This document shows positions 41,312 through 51,600 of a DNA stretch of 64,000 nucleotides, piece after piece. The DNA is from Lingula anatina (taxonomy: Eukaryota; Animalia; Brachiopoda): the NCBI GenBank assembly GCA_051362555.1, contig CM120644.1, forward strand, positions 2,116,954 to 2,180,953, in the 5' to 3' direction. The notes below the pieces were generated by a model, which was not told the origin of the DNA, did no database searches, and saw only the letters and a list, made by a program, of their open reading frames with translations. The translations under genes were made by a program, and so were the position numbers. Position 1 is the first letter of the stretch, and each line of letters starts with the position of its first letter.

Positions 41312-41854
41312 CAGTTTTGTGCAGAGAAGATGACATTACGGATACGGATAAACGACCCTAATCTTACGTATCGCACATTTAACATAATTACAGGGTAAAC
41401 ACAATAGGCCACAATGCTTAGCGTAAGTCAGCTGGGTTACGGGAAGTAAGTCGAGTTGGCCTCGTTTGAGGTGATGAGTGACAGCCTTAATTGCCACCTC
41501 TTCCTCTACTGATGCTGCTGAGCGACAGCGTTAATTGTCATCTCCCAAGTCCATGCCGCTTATCTGATTATCTGCCCGACTGCACACAATCATTGTTCAT
41601 CTATATGGGGCACGCTTTCATGGTATTCGTCCTTTAGATAGTATTTTAGATAGTATTTTCTTTCTTAACGATGTCTTGGTTCTCAAGGCTCAGTTACAAT
41701 ATAAAATATTACTCCTAAAATGGTTTCAATAGACGTTTTTGCTGCGTATATAGCACATAGTTACTTATTTTTTTGCTGTTAATTGTGTTGTAAATTTCAA
41801 ATTTCCCATGTGTTGTTGATTCTGAATGTTGAAAATAAAGGATCCATAACCCTA

Positions 41855-42092
41855 AGCCAAGGTCCCTACTACGTTTTGGACGCACGGTTTTCAGGTTACT
41901 AGCGTCCGGCTAGGACGTAGCGAGATCGCACGTAGCGGCTGTTGATCATGTCGAAAAGTTTCTACGCGCTGTTTGCGTCCTCCAAAAGTCGCACGATGGT
42001 CGTGCTCCTCACGCACGGACTCCCACTTTTTCCCCATTTTTATGGCCTTAGGCCACACGTAGCAGCCCGTACGTTCGGTTGGGACCTAGGCT
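41855..42092. mobile_element. Small MITE-like insert inside the TIR element
   Basis: TA|AGCCAAGGTCCC ... GGGACCTAGGCT|TA inverted ends around a GC-rich core. Confidence 0.45.
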
Positions 42093-42628
42093 TAAGACGG
42101 CGTATTTTACGTTTTTCCTTGAGTCATCAATTTCATCTCAAATTATAACATTGAAATGCTCACACTATTATAAATTTTGAACATATAATTGATTGCAGTT
42201 TAGCCTGGCTTTGCCCCAACCTATTAACCTTTTAACATCATTTTCGATCACGAAGAACAACAGGGGCCGGGTAATCTATCCAAACACGTTTTTCTTTTTT
42301 CTTTTTTTTTACTTTTAATTATAAAGCGGCGCGGAGTATTCAATTGGAGATTAAGACGTCGACAATAATATCCATTGACTCGAACGTCAAATTAAATGCT
42401 TGTAGAAAGGGTTTTTAAAAGGTTTTTCTAAGAACATGGAGTCGACAAAAAGTACGGAGCTTAAGCAAGCATTTAAGGAAGGTAATCAACGATCATGGTA
42501 ACTGCGTGTAATCCACGTGCCCGGGTCCCTTAAGTTCTTATCGGACGCTTCAAAGAATTGCGGAGCTGGAGAAATGAGAGGATGATCTTATCGAAAATCT
42601 CAATCTACCTGTACTTTGGAGTTATTAA

Positions 42629-42948
42629 TGTTACGAATAAGCAAACTTCTTTAGTCTTTTTCACATCTATTTTATTTGCTTGTCATTGAAATTGTCACGT
42701 AGAAACTGAAATGAACAAAATACATCAAATTAAGAAATTATCCTTAAATTATGTTACAATTACAACTTATAAAGTTCTTATTAACTGTTTAAATTACTAA
42801 ATGATTCATAAAGTCTTACCTCATTGCGGGAATTAGTGACTTTTAATGATCAGAACATAACTAACTATAAGCGCGTGCTCTAGTCAAAAAAGTAAAACGC
42901 TATCTCCACCGATGTGCATAACAGCTAAGACGGGCCAAAACCTTAACA
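42629..42948 (-). repeat. 3' LTR of the BEL element
   Basis: Direct repeat of 48506-48825. Confidence 0.95.
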
Positions 42949-43239
42949 TGGCTCCCCTAAATTGTGAAAGCAATTTACACAATATACACCGTTTACCTTA
43001 TCATTACGTATAAAAAATATTTGATCGGAAATTATTAAGAATTACCGTACCTTAAACACTTTTAAGGAACATCAAAACTTACTGTTAATTACCGTATTAA
43101 AACATAAAATACTTTGCAATCCCATAAACACAAATAGCTCGACATGTAACTGTCTTTAGAAAACAAAAGTGTTCATTAAATCTACACAAACTGTAGCATA
43201 GAATCATAACAAAACTGACATTATTGTCACAGTTAACAG

Positions 43240-46200
43240 TTATTTTGGCTCCTCGACGGGGTCTTCTCCGGTCAACAAAAGAATTAACTTGTGCACTGGT
43301 CTCTCATATGTAGAGTCCCTAACTTTCAACTTGACCTTACGCACATATCCATCTGCACTTTGAAAGGTTTCTGCTATGCGACCAAGTGGCCACTGATTTC
43401 TTGGTGCACTATCATCTATCATGAGAACAATATCTCCAATATGTACATCTTTATGTTGTTTGATCCACTTTTTTCTTTCTTGTAATGTAGGAAGAAATTC
43501 CTTTCTCCACCTGCTCCAAAATTCATTGGCTAGATATTGAACATGTCGCCATCTTCGATGAAGATATGTGTCTTTCCTTATGAAATTCCCAGGTGGTGGC
43601 ATCACGACCTTAGTTTTCAGGGTCAGGAGCTGATTTGGAGACAAAGGCATTGGAGAATCTGGTGACTGTGTATCAATGTAGGTCAAAGGTCTACTGTTAA
43701 CTATGGCTTCTGCCTCAGCTAACAATGTGGACAAGGAATCATCATCTAAACGGTCACTGTGAGCTGTGAGAAGTCCTGATAAAGCATTTCTGGCTGATCT
43801 GATCATCCTTTCCCACACGCCTCCCATATGTGAAGCATGAGGAACATTCATTTCAAACTGAATCCAGTCACAATGGTCTTTCAGAAGTTCTCTCCTGATC
43901 TTGTCCTGATCCATATCCATAAAGGCAGTTTCTTGCTCTCCCTTAACTCCAATGAAATTGGTTCCACGGTCTGCTCTGAGTAGACGTACTGGTCCACGCC
44001 TGCATACAAAGCGTCTGTAGCAGTTAATGAAAGAATCTGTGCTGAGTGAATATGCAACTTCTATATGAATAGCACGTGATGCTAAACATGTAAACATAGC
44101 ACCATATCTCTTCATCTGCTTTCTTCCCTCCTTCACATAGAATGGTCCAAAGAAATCTACTGCACTGTAGGTGAATGGAGGTGCTGGTTCCAGTCTGTCA
44201 GCTGGAAGATCTGACATTTTCTGAATCTGTGAGTTTGCTCGTAGCTTACGACAGGTCACACATTTCCATATATATGATCCAATCTTGGCACGGCCAGAAA
44301 TTATCCAATAACCACTAGCTCGGACTTCATTAAGAGTAATGCCACTTCCTGAATGTCCGCATCGTGTATGATAGTGGTCAATTATGAGATTTGTAACGTG
44401 ATGATGCTTAGGCAGAATCACTGGGTGTGTTAGCTCTCTGGGTAGATTTGCCCTCTTTATACGACCACCTACTCTGAGTAGTCCATCTTCACATAAAAAT
44501 GGGTCTAGGCGGTATAGTGAACTGGTTTTCTTGATTTGTTTGTTGCGATATCTTGCCTGTTTTCTCTCTGTGTGTTCACTGTTATCTTCTCTGTTAATTG
44601 CTTTCAGTATTTTAATTTCCTTCTCAAATGTAGCAGTCTGTGTTGACTTGAGAATGATCTTTTCTGCCACTTGTATTTCTTGAACATTCAACGGTTCATT
44701 GCTGGTCTCAACTGTGTTCTGCTGTGTAGACTTCCTGTCCTTAGCTTGTTTCAGCTTCTGTATGAATCGTAAACACCACGCAACAACTCGTGTTGCTCTG
44801 TTCCAGGAAGAAAACCTTTTCAATACTTCAGACAAGTGATCATGGTTGGTTTCTACTTTAGTAGCAAATACACTGACTTCAGATTTGCGTACTTCTGGGT
44901 CATCTGGTGCTAGTCTGAATTGGGTATCAGTGGTAGATAGTGGTTCATCAATGAGCAGGAAGTCTGGCCCATTCCACCACTGTTCATTCTGTAGTAGCTC
45001 TGTCACACCTGTTCCCCTGGAGGCTATATCAGCTGGGTTGTCATTGGACTTAACATGCCTCCATTGCGATGGCTGACTGACTTCTCTAATTTGTTGTATT
45101 CTATTAGCTACAAAGACATGAAATCTCTTAGCATCATTATTGACATACCCTAGAACAACCTTGCTGTCAGTCCAATACACATGGGTGATGTCCTCATACT
45201 CTAACTCCTTGGCAAGAAAGGTCCCCACCTTTATAGACATCACTGCTGCTGACAACTCTAGGCGTGGGACTGTCACTGGTTTAGAGGGAGCTACCTTGGA
45301 CTTGCCCATAACTAATGTGGATGCTATTCTTCCTGTGTTGCTTTTAAGCCTCAAGTAACTGCACTGACCTAGGCCTTCTACACTGGCATCTGAGAAGTGA
45401 TGAAGTTCTGCAGTAGTCACTTCACCAAAATCATTTGGCTTATAGCACCGTGGTATATTCAACTTGGTTAAGTTCAGCAAATCTGAGCGCCATCTTTCCC
45501 ACCTGCATCTAATACTCTCTGGCACTTGATCATCCCACTCTGCACCGTCTCTGCATAGCTCTTGGAGAATTTTCTTACCGGCAAGGATGAATGGTGAGAC
45601 AAGGCCTAAAGGGTCAAATATGGAACTTACAGTGGAGAGAATTCCCCTTCTTGTTAATGGCTTATCATTGATCTGGACCTTAAACTGAAAACTGTCCGCT
45701 TCTACACACCACTGTACTCCTAAAGCTGGGCATATTGGCAATGTGTCTCTGTTAAGGTCAATGTTTCTCATTTCTTTGGCTCTCTCTGACATTGGGATTG
45801 TATTCATCACTTCACGGTTGTTTGATACTAGCTTGTGAAGTCTTAGGTTACCTTTGTTCAGCAGCTCTCTTGTTTCTCTAACAAGACGTATAGCTTCTTC
45901 ACTTGACTCGATGCTCTTGAGTCCATCGTCTACATAAAAGTCATTCTTAAGAAAGGCAATGACGTCTGGTGAATACTCATCTTGGTAGTCCTCTGCTAGT
46001 TTCCTCAGTCCATACAATGCGCATGCTGGTGAACTTATCGCTCCAAATATATGAGACGTCATTCTGTATGTGATGGGATTACTACTGAGGTCACCGTCTT
46101 TCCACCATAGGAACTGTAAAAACTTTCTATCCTCTTCTTTCACTTTAAACCTGTGAAACATGTTCTCCATGTCACCCATGATTGCTACTGGCTGCTCTCT

Positions 46201-48387
46201 AAACCGCAATAAAACACCTATGAGCGAGTTATTCTGATCAGGTCCTTTCAACAGGCAGTCGTTTAGCGCAACATTTTCATGTTTTGCACTGGCATCAAAC
46301 ACCACTCGTAATTTCTCACGTTTCTTGGGGTGATATACACCATGATGTGGTAAGTACCAACCTCCATCTTCATGAGGTGATTCTTCTGCATAGCATTTAT
46401 CTATGAGGTCCTGCATAAAACTGTTATAGTGCTCATAATACTTCGGGTTGTGGATTAGCCTTTTCCTTAGCTGCTCTAGTCTGATCTCAGCTGCTGGTTT
46501 GTTGTTTGGCAATGCTGGATGTCCATCTTTAAATGGTAGTGGCATCTCGTAAAAACCCTCGTTGAAATGTATGCCCTCCTCCATAATCTTCATGAACTTC
46601 TGGTCTTGAAGGCTTAACTTCTCATCTTTCTGTTGGTCGAAACCTTGGTCAAAGAGACTGCAAACCTCAGCGGGGCTGATCTCTGTCACTTGTGTTCTAA
46701 AGGCAAAGGCATGTGTTCCAAAGCTCTTGTTCTCATCTATGGGTCTTGATTTGTCCACTGGCCCTACTATACCCCAACCTAGGTTACATCTGTATGCATA
46801 TGGCTCCTCTCCTCTACCATGTACGTATTCCAGACCTCTAATGGCTTTCATACAGTTTACTCCCAACAGCAGTCCTACCTCTATGTCTGGGCGATAAGGA
46901 GTAATCTTATCAGCAATTGAGTGCAAGTGTGGCCATTTCTTAGCAGTTTCTGGTCTGGGTATCTGTGATCGCTTAACTGGAATGGAGTCTCTGGAGTATG
47001 TATCTGGGAGCTCAATCAATGTCTCTTGGTTCAGACCTCTCACAATAAGTCCTCCAACTTTCCTGCTCGGGACGGTTTTTTCTCCAAGTATGGTTGAAAG
47101 TCTGATGTCTACATGCTTCCCTTTACATTCGAGTTCACTGAGGGTCGAGGACTTTACAAAGCAGGCATCTGACTGCTCGTCTAGTACTGCATATACCACT
47201 GAATAAATGTCTGGATTATCCTCGTGGTGCACTACAACTGGCACTATCATGGAATGCACATTCTCAGAACTGTGGGTGGTATGGCATACAGCTGCTCCCA
47301 CTACTTTACTAGTGTAATTGTCATCGTGTAGAATTGTTGGATGATAAGAGTTACATTTTTGGCATTTCATTTTATTTCTGCATTCATGTTTTCTGTGACC
47401 ATATGCAAGGCATCCAAAACATAAACCATTATTCTTTGTAATGCTGATTCTTTCATCCATTGTCTTTTCTTGCATTTCTGGGCATTGGTGAAGTTTATGT
47501 TGTTCCTTGCATAATATACACTTGTGAACGTGTCTTTCGTTGCTGGATGCAGAGGTACTAGACAGTACTGTTTGTGCTGGAACTCTTCTCCTTGGTGCTG
47601 GTATAGGTCTCTCTGGTGGCGGTGGAACCTTTCCAAAAATGGGGTCAGCCAATTTTCGTGCTTCTTTCTGCACAAAATCGACGAAAACCTGAAAGGTTAT
47701 CTTCTGTCCCCTTTCCTTCCTTTCATATACTATGCTTCTCCATTTATCATGCAATTTGAGCGGCAGCTTCGTCATTAGCCTCTTAAGGTTATCGGGATAC
47801 TCGAGGACTGGAATGGCATCTATTTCTTTTACTGCATATTCACATTCCCTTAAAAATATGCCGTATTTGTCTAATGCGACATAATCATCATGCTTTATCA
47901 CTGGCCACTGTAAGGCACGGTTTATATAAGATGTCGCAATCTGTTCTTGGTCCCCATACCTTCTCTCAAATTCCTTCCATGTGGCCTTGAAACCAATGGA
48001 TGCATCTAAGTGAGCGAATCCTAGCGTAATTTCATGAGGCTCACCTCTGGTGTATTGCAGTAGATAGTTCAGTTTTTCATCGTCAGAGTCGCATGTTTCT
48101 ATGATTCTACTTTTGAACTGTCTCTTAAACAGCACATATTTGATCGGGTCACCTTCAAATACTTGAATCTGAATTCTTGGTTTACTGAGTTCCTTTGCTA
48201 TCGTAGTTTGCTCACACAAAGTGAGTGGGGCACAAGATGTTAGTGCATTTTTGGGCGTAGATGTCTTTTTTATATTTGACTTTGTGAAATTAAAATGCTT
48301 TTCCAACTCACACATGGTTTGGTCTATATCCGACTCTACCCTTTTCAGTTCTGCTTGCAGCAGTAACATTTCCGCTTGTGTTGCCAT
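43240..48387 (-). CDS. BEL/Pao Gag-Pol polyprotein, 1715 aa
   Basis: Gag with three zinc knuckles (CILCKEQHKLHQC, CFGCLAYGHRKHEC, CQKCNSYHPTILH), protease LDEQS, RT (KLRVVFDAS, FYVDDGL), Pao RNase H (HHFSDAS, WTDSKVVL, NPADIASRG), integrase (HHCC, VDFFGP, ADRGTNF, GVWERMI) and C-terminal RPVHKL. Confidence 0.96.
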   Translation of the reverse strand: MATQAEMLLLQAELKRVESDIDQTMCELEKHFNFTKSNIKKTSTPKNALTSCAPLTLCEQTTIAKELSKPRIQIQVFEGDPIKYVLFKRQFKSRIIETCDSDDEKLNYLLQYTRGEPHEITLGFAHLDASIGFKATWKEFERRYGDQEQIATSYINRALQWPVIKHDDYVALDKYGIFLRECEYAVKEIDAIPVLEYPDNLKRLMTKLPLKLHDKWRSIVYERKERGQKITFQVFVDFVQKEARKLADPIFGKVPPPPERPIPAPRRRVPAQTVLSSTSASSNERHVHKCILCKEQHKLHQCPEMQEKTMDERISITKNNGLCFGCLAYGHRKHECRNKMKCQKCNSYHPTILHDDNYTSKVVGAAVCHTTHSSENVHSMIVPVVVHHEDNPDIYSVVYAVLDEQSDACFVKSSTLSELECKGKHVDIRLSTILGEKTVPSRKVGGLIVRGLNQETLIELPDTYSRDSIPVKRSQIPRPETAKKWPHLHSIADKITPYRPDIEVGLLLGVNCMKAIRGLEYVHGRGEEPYAYRCNLGWGIVGPVDKSRPIDENKSFGTHAFAFRTQVTEISPAEVCSLFDQGFDQQKDEKLSLQDQKFMKIMEEGIHFNEGFYEMPLPFKDGHPALPNNKPAAEIRLEQLRKRLIHNPKYYEHYNSFMQDLIDKCYAEESPHEDGGWYLPHHGVYHPKKREKLRVVFDASAKHENVALNDCLLKGPDQNNSLIGVLLRFREQPVAIMGDMENMFHRFKVKEEDRKFLQFLWWKDGDLSSNPITYRMTSHIFGAISSPACALYGLRKLAEDYQDEYSPDVIAFLKNDFYVDDGLKSIESSEEAIRLVRETRELLNKGNLRLHKLVSNNREVMNTIPMSERAKEMRNIDLNRDTLPICPALGVQWCVEADSFQFKVQINDKPLTRRGILSTVSSIFDPLGLVSPFILAGKKILQELCRDGAEWDDQVPESIRCRWERWRSDLLNLTKLNIPRCYKPNDFGEVTTAELHHFSDASVEGLGQCSYLRLKSNTGRIASTLVMGKSKVAPSKPVTVPRLELSAAVMSIKVGTFLAKELEYEDITHVYWTDSKVVLGYVNNDAKRFHVFVANRIQQIREVSQPSQWRHVKSNDNPADIASRGTGVTELLQNEQWWNGPDFLLIDEPLSTTDTQFRLAPDDPEVRKSEVSVFATKVETNHDHLSEVLKRFSSWNRATRVVAWCLRFIQKLKQAKDRKSTQQNTVETSNEPLNVQEIQVAEKIILKSTQTATFEKEIKILKAINREDNSEHTERKQARYRNKQIKKTSSLYRLDPFLCEDGLLRVGGRIKRANLPRELTHPVILPKHHHVTNLIIDHYHTRCGHSGSGITLNEVRASGYWIISGRAKIGSYIWKCVTCRKLRANSQIQKMSDLPADRLEPAPPFTYSAVDFFGPFYVKEGRKQMKRYGAMFTCLASRAIHIEVAYSLSTDSFINCYRRFVCRRGPVRLLRADRGTNFIGVKGEQETAFMDMDQDKIRRELLKDHCDWIQFEMNVPHASHMGGVWERMIRSARNALSGLLTAHSDRLDDDSLSTLLAEAEAIVNSRPLTYIDTQSPDSPMPLSPNQLLTLKTKVVMPPPGNFIRKDTYLHRRWRHVQYLANEFWSRWRKEFLPTLQERKKWIKQHKDVHIGDIVLMIDDSAPRNQWPLGRIAETFQSADGYVRKVKLKVRDSTYERPVHKLILLLTGEDPVEEPK

Positions 48388-48411
48388 CTTTTCTAAATAC
48401 TATGCTGATCG

Positions 48412-48505
48412 TCTTTCACTAAATCGTCGCTCAGTTTCTATTATCTTTCACTAAATCGTCGCTGAGTTTCTACTATCTTTCACTAAATCGTCGCTGAGTT
48501 TCTAC
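48412..48505 (-). repeat. Three 32-bp tandem repeats at the primer-binding-site position
   Basis: Units start at 48412, 48444 and 48476; element-sense unit GTAGAAACTCAGCGACGATTTAGTGAAAGATA. Confidence 0.9.
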
Positions 48506-48825
48506 TGTTACGAATAAGCAAACTTCTTTAGTCTTTTTCACATCTATTTTATTTGCTTGTCATTGAAATTGTCACGTAGAAACTGAAATGAACAAAATAC
48601 ATCAAATTAAGAAATTATCCTTAAATTATGTTACAATTACAACTTATAAAGTTCTTATTAACTGTTTAAATTACTAAATGATTCATAAAGTCTTACCTCA
48701 TTGCGGGAATTAGTGACTTTTAATGATCAGAACATAACTAACTATAAGCGCGTGCTCTAGTCAAAAAAGTAAAACGCTATCTCCACCGATGTGCATAACA
48801 GCTAAGACGGGCCAAAACCTTAACA
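48506..48825 (-). repeat. 5' LTR of the BEL element
   Basis: TGTTAAGG...CGTAACA in element sense, with an AATAAA signal about 45 nt from its end. Confidence 0.95.
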
Positions 48826-50708
48826 ATTAATCTAACTTACGTGGCAGGTAAGCTCTGATTAAACGTGTCACCAAAATCTTTTGTTCGACTTAAAATGTCA
48901 AAGAAGTTCCACGTCTTACTTGTAATTTTGTCATCTTATGTGACATTTTGGCTTTACGGCTTATTTTGATTGTGGTGAAAATTTTTATCATTTTAACCGC
49001 AATTCATTTGTCAGAAGTAACCTTCATCGATAATTCATCTAGTTGCTGACCTAGCAAATCTGTTTTTATTGCACTTTTCTATTACTCTCTGCCAGCATGG
49101 TTATATAATGTTTCCAAGGAATGTGACCGGCTACCATTACCAATAAATATGTTACAAAAATTGTTTTTTGAAATTTGCTTGGTTTGGTGCATGAAAGCTT
49201 GCTCTGCCAAATTATACATTACCGATACGGGCTGTCACCAGTACCTTCTGTTTTTTTTTTTTTTTCGAATTTATATCAGAATGTTCTATCTATCGCAATG
49301 AGTGAAATGTCTGGCATATATTCATATAGCAAATATTATTTTATGACATTATTCATACAACTTATTCAATACAGATTTAGTTCACGTGTATCTTGATGGA
49401 ATGCTTTAAGCAAGCAGTTTTCTAACTTTATTTTAAATTAATGGTTTTATACTCCCATCCTTCTGCTGAAACGAGCAGTTTGCTTGTTGTTTCATGAATA
49501 AAATAATGAATAAAAATCCCTTCTCCGTACAATGTTCTTCGTTTGATAATTATCCTTGTTGAACAGTGAACGAAAATAAAGGCAGTCTTAAGAAATATGT
49601 TGATGGAGAGATAGGAAGTAGGTGATCTTATCGGAACTCTCAATTTACCTGTACGTTGCAGTAATTAAACTGTTAGCTTACGTGGCAGCTCTGATTAAGA
49701 GTGTCACCTGAAAATCTTTTGTCCGACTTAAACTTTCAAGATGTGCCAAGTTTGATTTCAATCACGATCCCTGCGGCAGCTGCCGATACGAAACAAGCAC
49801 CTGACAACAGTGAAATTATCATCCCAAGAGGAAATCTTGTGGCCCTATTTCTACAATTATTATTATCATCATTGAATAATAAGACTCTGCCCACCACCAA
49901 CTAACTCAAACATTACAGAAAGAAGGTTCCGTTAAGATGTTATGTTGTTGGTGTGATCTGTAAGTTTGATGTTCATTACATAGGATTGGACGTTGCTTTA
50001 ACAAATTAAAAAAAACCCACAACACTTAAAATTAGACTGCGCTAAATAGGGTATCGACTAGTAAGCAAACAAAAATCAAGGAGGGAGGGATGTGCTAAAG
50101 AAACGGCATAATTACGGATAACTATTAGCAACTCTTTATTATCTAGAATTGTACACCATACTGACTCTTGTCAAAGCAGACACAGCCTCTAAATACTGTA
50201 ATACAATTGATGTAGTGTTTACCCCCCCCCCCCTCACCCCCACTGATAATGACTGGCCTGTAATTGTGCGTTTAACAAAGGTAGTGGTACAGTGATATTC
50301 ACGCCTTAAGCCTCTGGCGATAGTCAAGCAAGCAGAACAAGATATAAAACCAGGGACAGCGTTAACTTGAAAGGCACACTTTCAATTCAGGTTAATTTAA
50401 AGCTGATTCATGTTTGGAGATATCCTAGCGATAATAACCACCAACTAACAAATTATGTGCAAGTTATATAAACATGTGGTCATAGGGTATAAGCAATTCA
50501 TATGCATTTCAACATTTGCTGAGGTTAAATACCCCTTTAAATGAAAGAGAGACAGAAAAAAAGGAAAATTGTCGTGAACGTGAAGCAAGTCTTTTGCTTC
50601 CTGGTTAAAAATGAAAAGAAAACAACACCGATATTAAGGGCCTCACAATGGGCCAAGTTCAAGGACACTCGAACCCGGGGTCTATAAAAGGCGGTTCATT
50701 ACATATTT

Positions 50709-50900
50709 TCACCAGTCTGTTGGTCTTGCCAACAGGCGAGGCTGCTGCAAAGACCAACAGCCTCAATATAATCCAGTAACTAACCACCATGCACTGGTGA
50801 TATTGCATCACTTGCACTGCTCAATTAGGGTTACACCTTTTAAAAGAAAAATCGTGTGCAGAACTGCAGGTGAAGGTGCGCGGCATCCTTGTAGTCTGTG
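50709..50900 (+). ncRNA. Candidate structured ncRNA unit A inside the TIR element
   Basis: TATAAAA 50683-89, then TCACCAGT about 25 nt downstream, then nested stems; paralogous to 51464-51600. Confidence 0.4.
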
Positions 50901-51463
50901 TTGTATTTATTTTGAGAATAGTTTGATAAATAATATAAATATAATTTATAAAAATATAAAGTAGGTAAAAAGAATAATGTAATTTTATTAACACAAAAAA
51001 TTACATAAATTAACTTGTACAACTGTACGGTAAACCCCAAATCGTCCAGCTCCGACATGTTTAGACTTGCTTGGTCGGACATCCAGATTTCTGGTCCCCT
51101 CTTGAAATTAGAATTAAGACTAGCTGAATCATAGTTCTTAACCGTACCAAATGGCACCGTTCGCCCTGTAAAATACATTTTTTCAAATTATGCGCAATGC
51201 AGTCGCTAAGTTACATAAACGCGAGGTCATAGTATACCTGAAAGTGTAAAAGTAATCCGTATGCAATTCAACTTTTTCTGGGGTAACATATTCCTTCAAA
51301 TGAAAAAAAAAAAAAAGAAAGAAAAGCAAGAAGACTCATGTTCAATCCAGTGACCACACACCATGCAATGGTTTCTAGACATTGCGTCACTCGCTACCCA
51401 ATGAGGGTTAATGCAGGTCAAAGGTCACTCCTAAAGCTATATAAGGCGGTGTAACACGTAGAA

Positions 51464-51600
51464 TCACCAGTCTGTTGGCATGTCCAGCAGGCGCGAATCT
51501 GATGGCACATGCCCACATGCCCTCAGATTCAGAAAAATCCAGTGAGCACCAACCATGCAATGGTAACATTGCGTCACTCACACTATTCAGTGCGGGTTGG
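51464..51600 (+). ncRNA. Candidate structured ncRNA unit B inside the TIR element
   Basis: Perfect DR1 AGGTCAAAGGTCA 51415-27, TATATAA 51438-44, TCACCAGT 51464-71, and stems that covary with unit A. Confidence 0.4.

Larger units (their letters stand above)
42629..48825 (-). mobile_element. Intact BEL/Pao LTR retrotransposon, 6197 bp
   Basis: 320-bp TG...CA LTRs at 42629-42948 and 48506-48825, identical by eye. 5-bp TSD ATTAA at 42624-28 and 48826-30. Single gag-pol ORF. PPT-like AGGGGAGCCA next to the 3' LTR. Confidence 0.97.
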
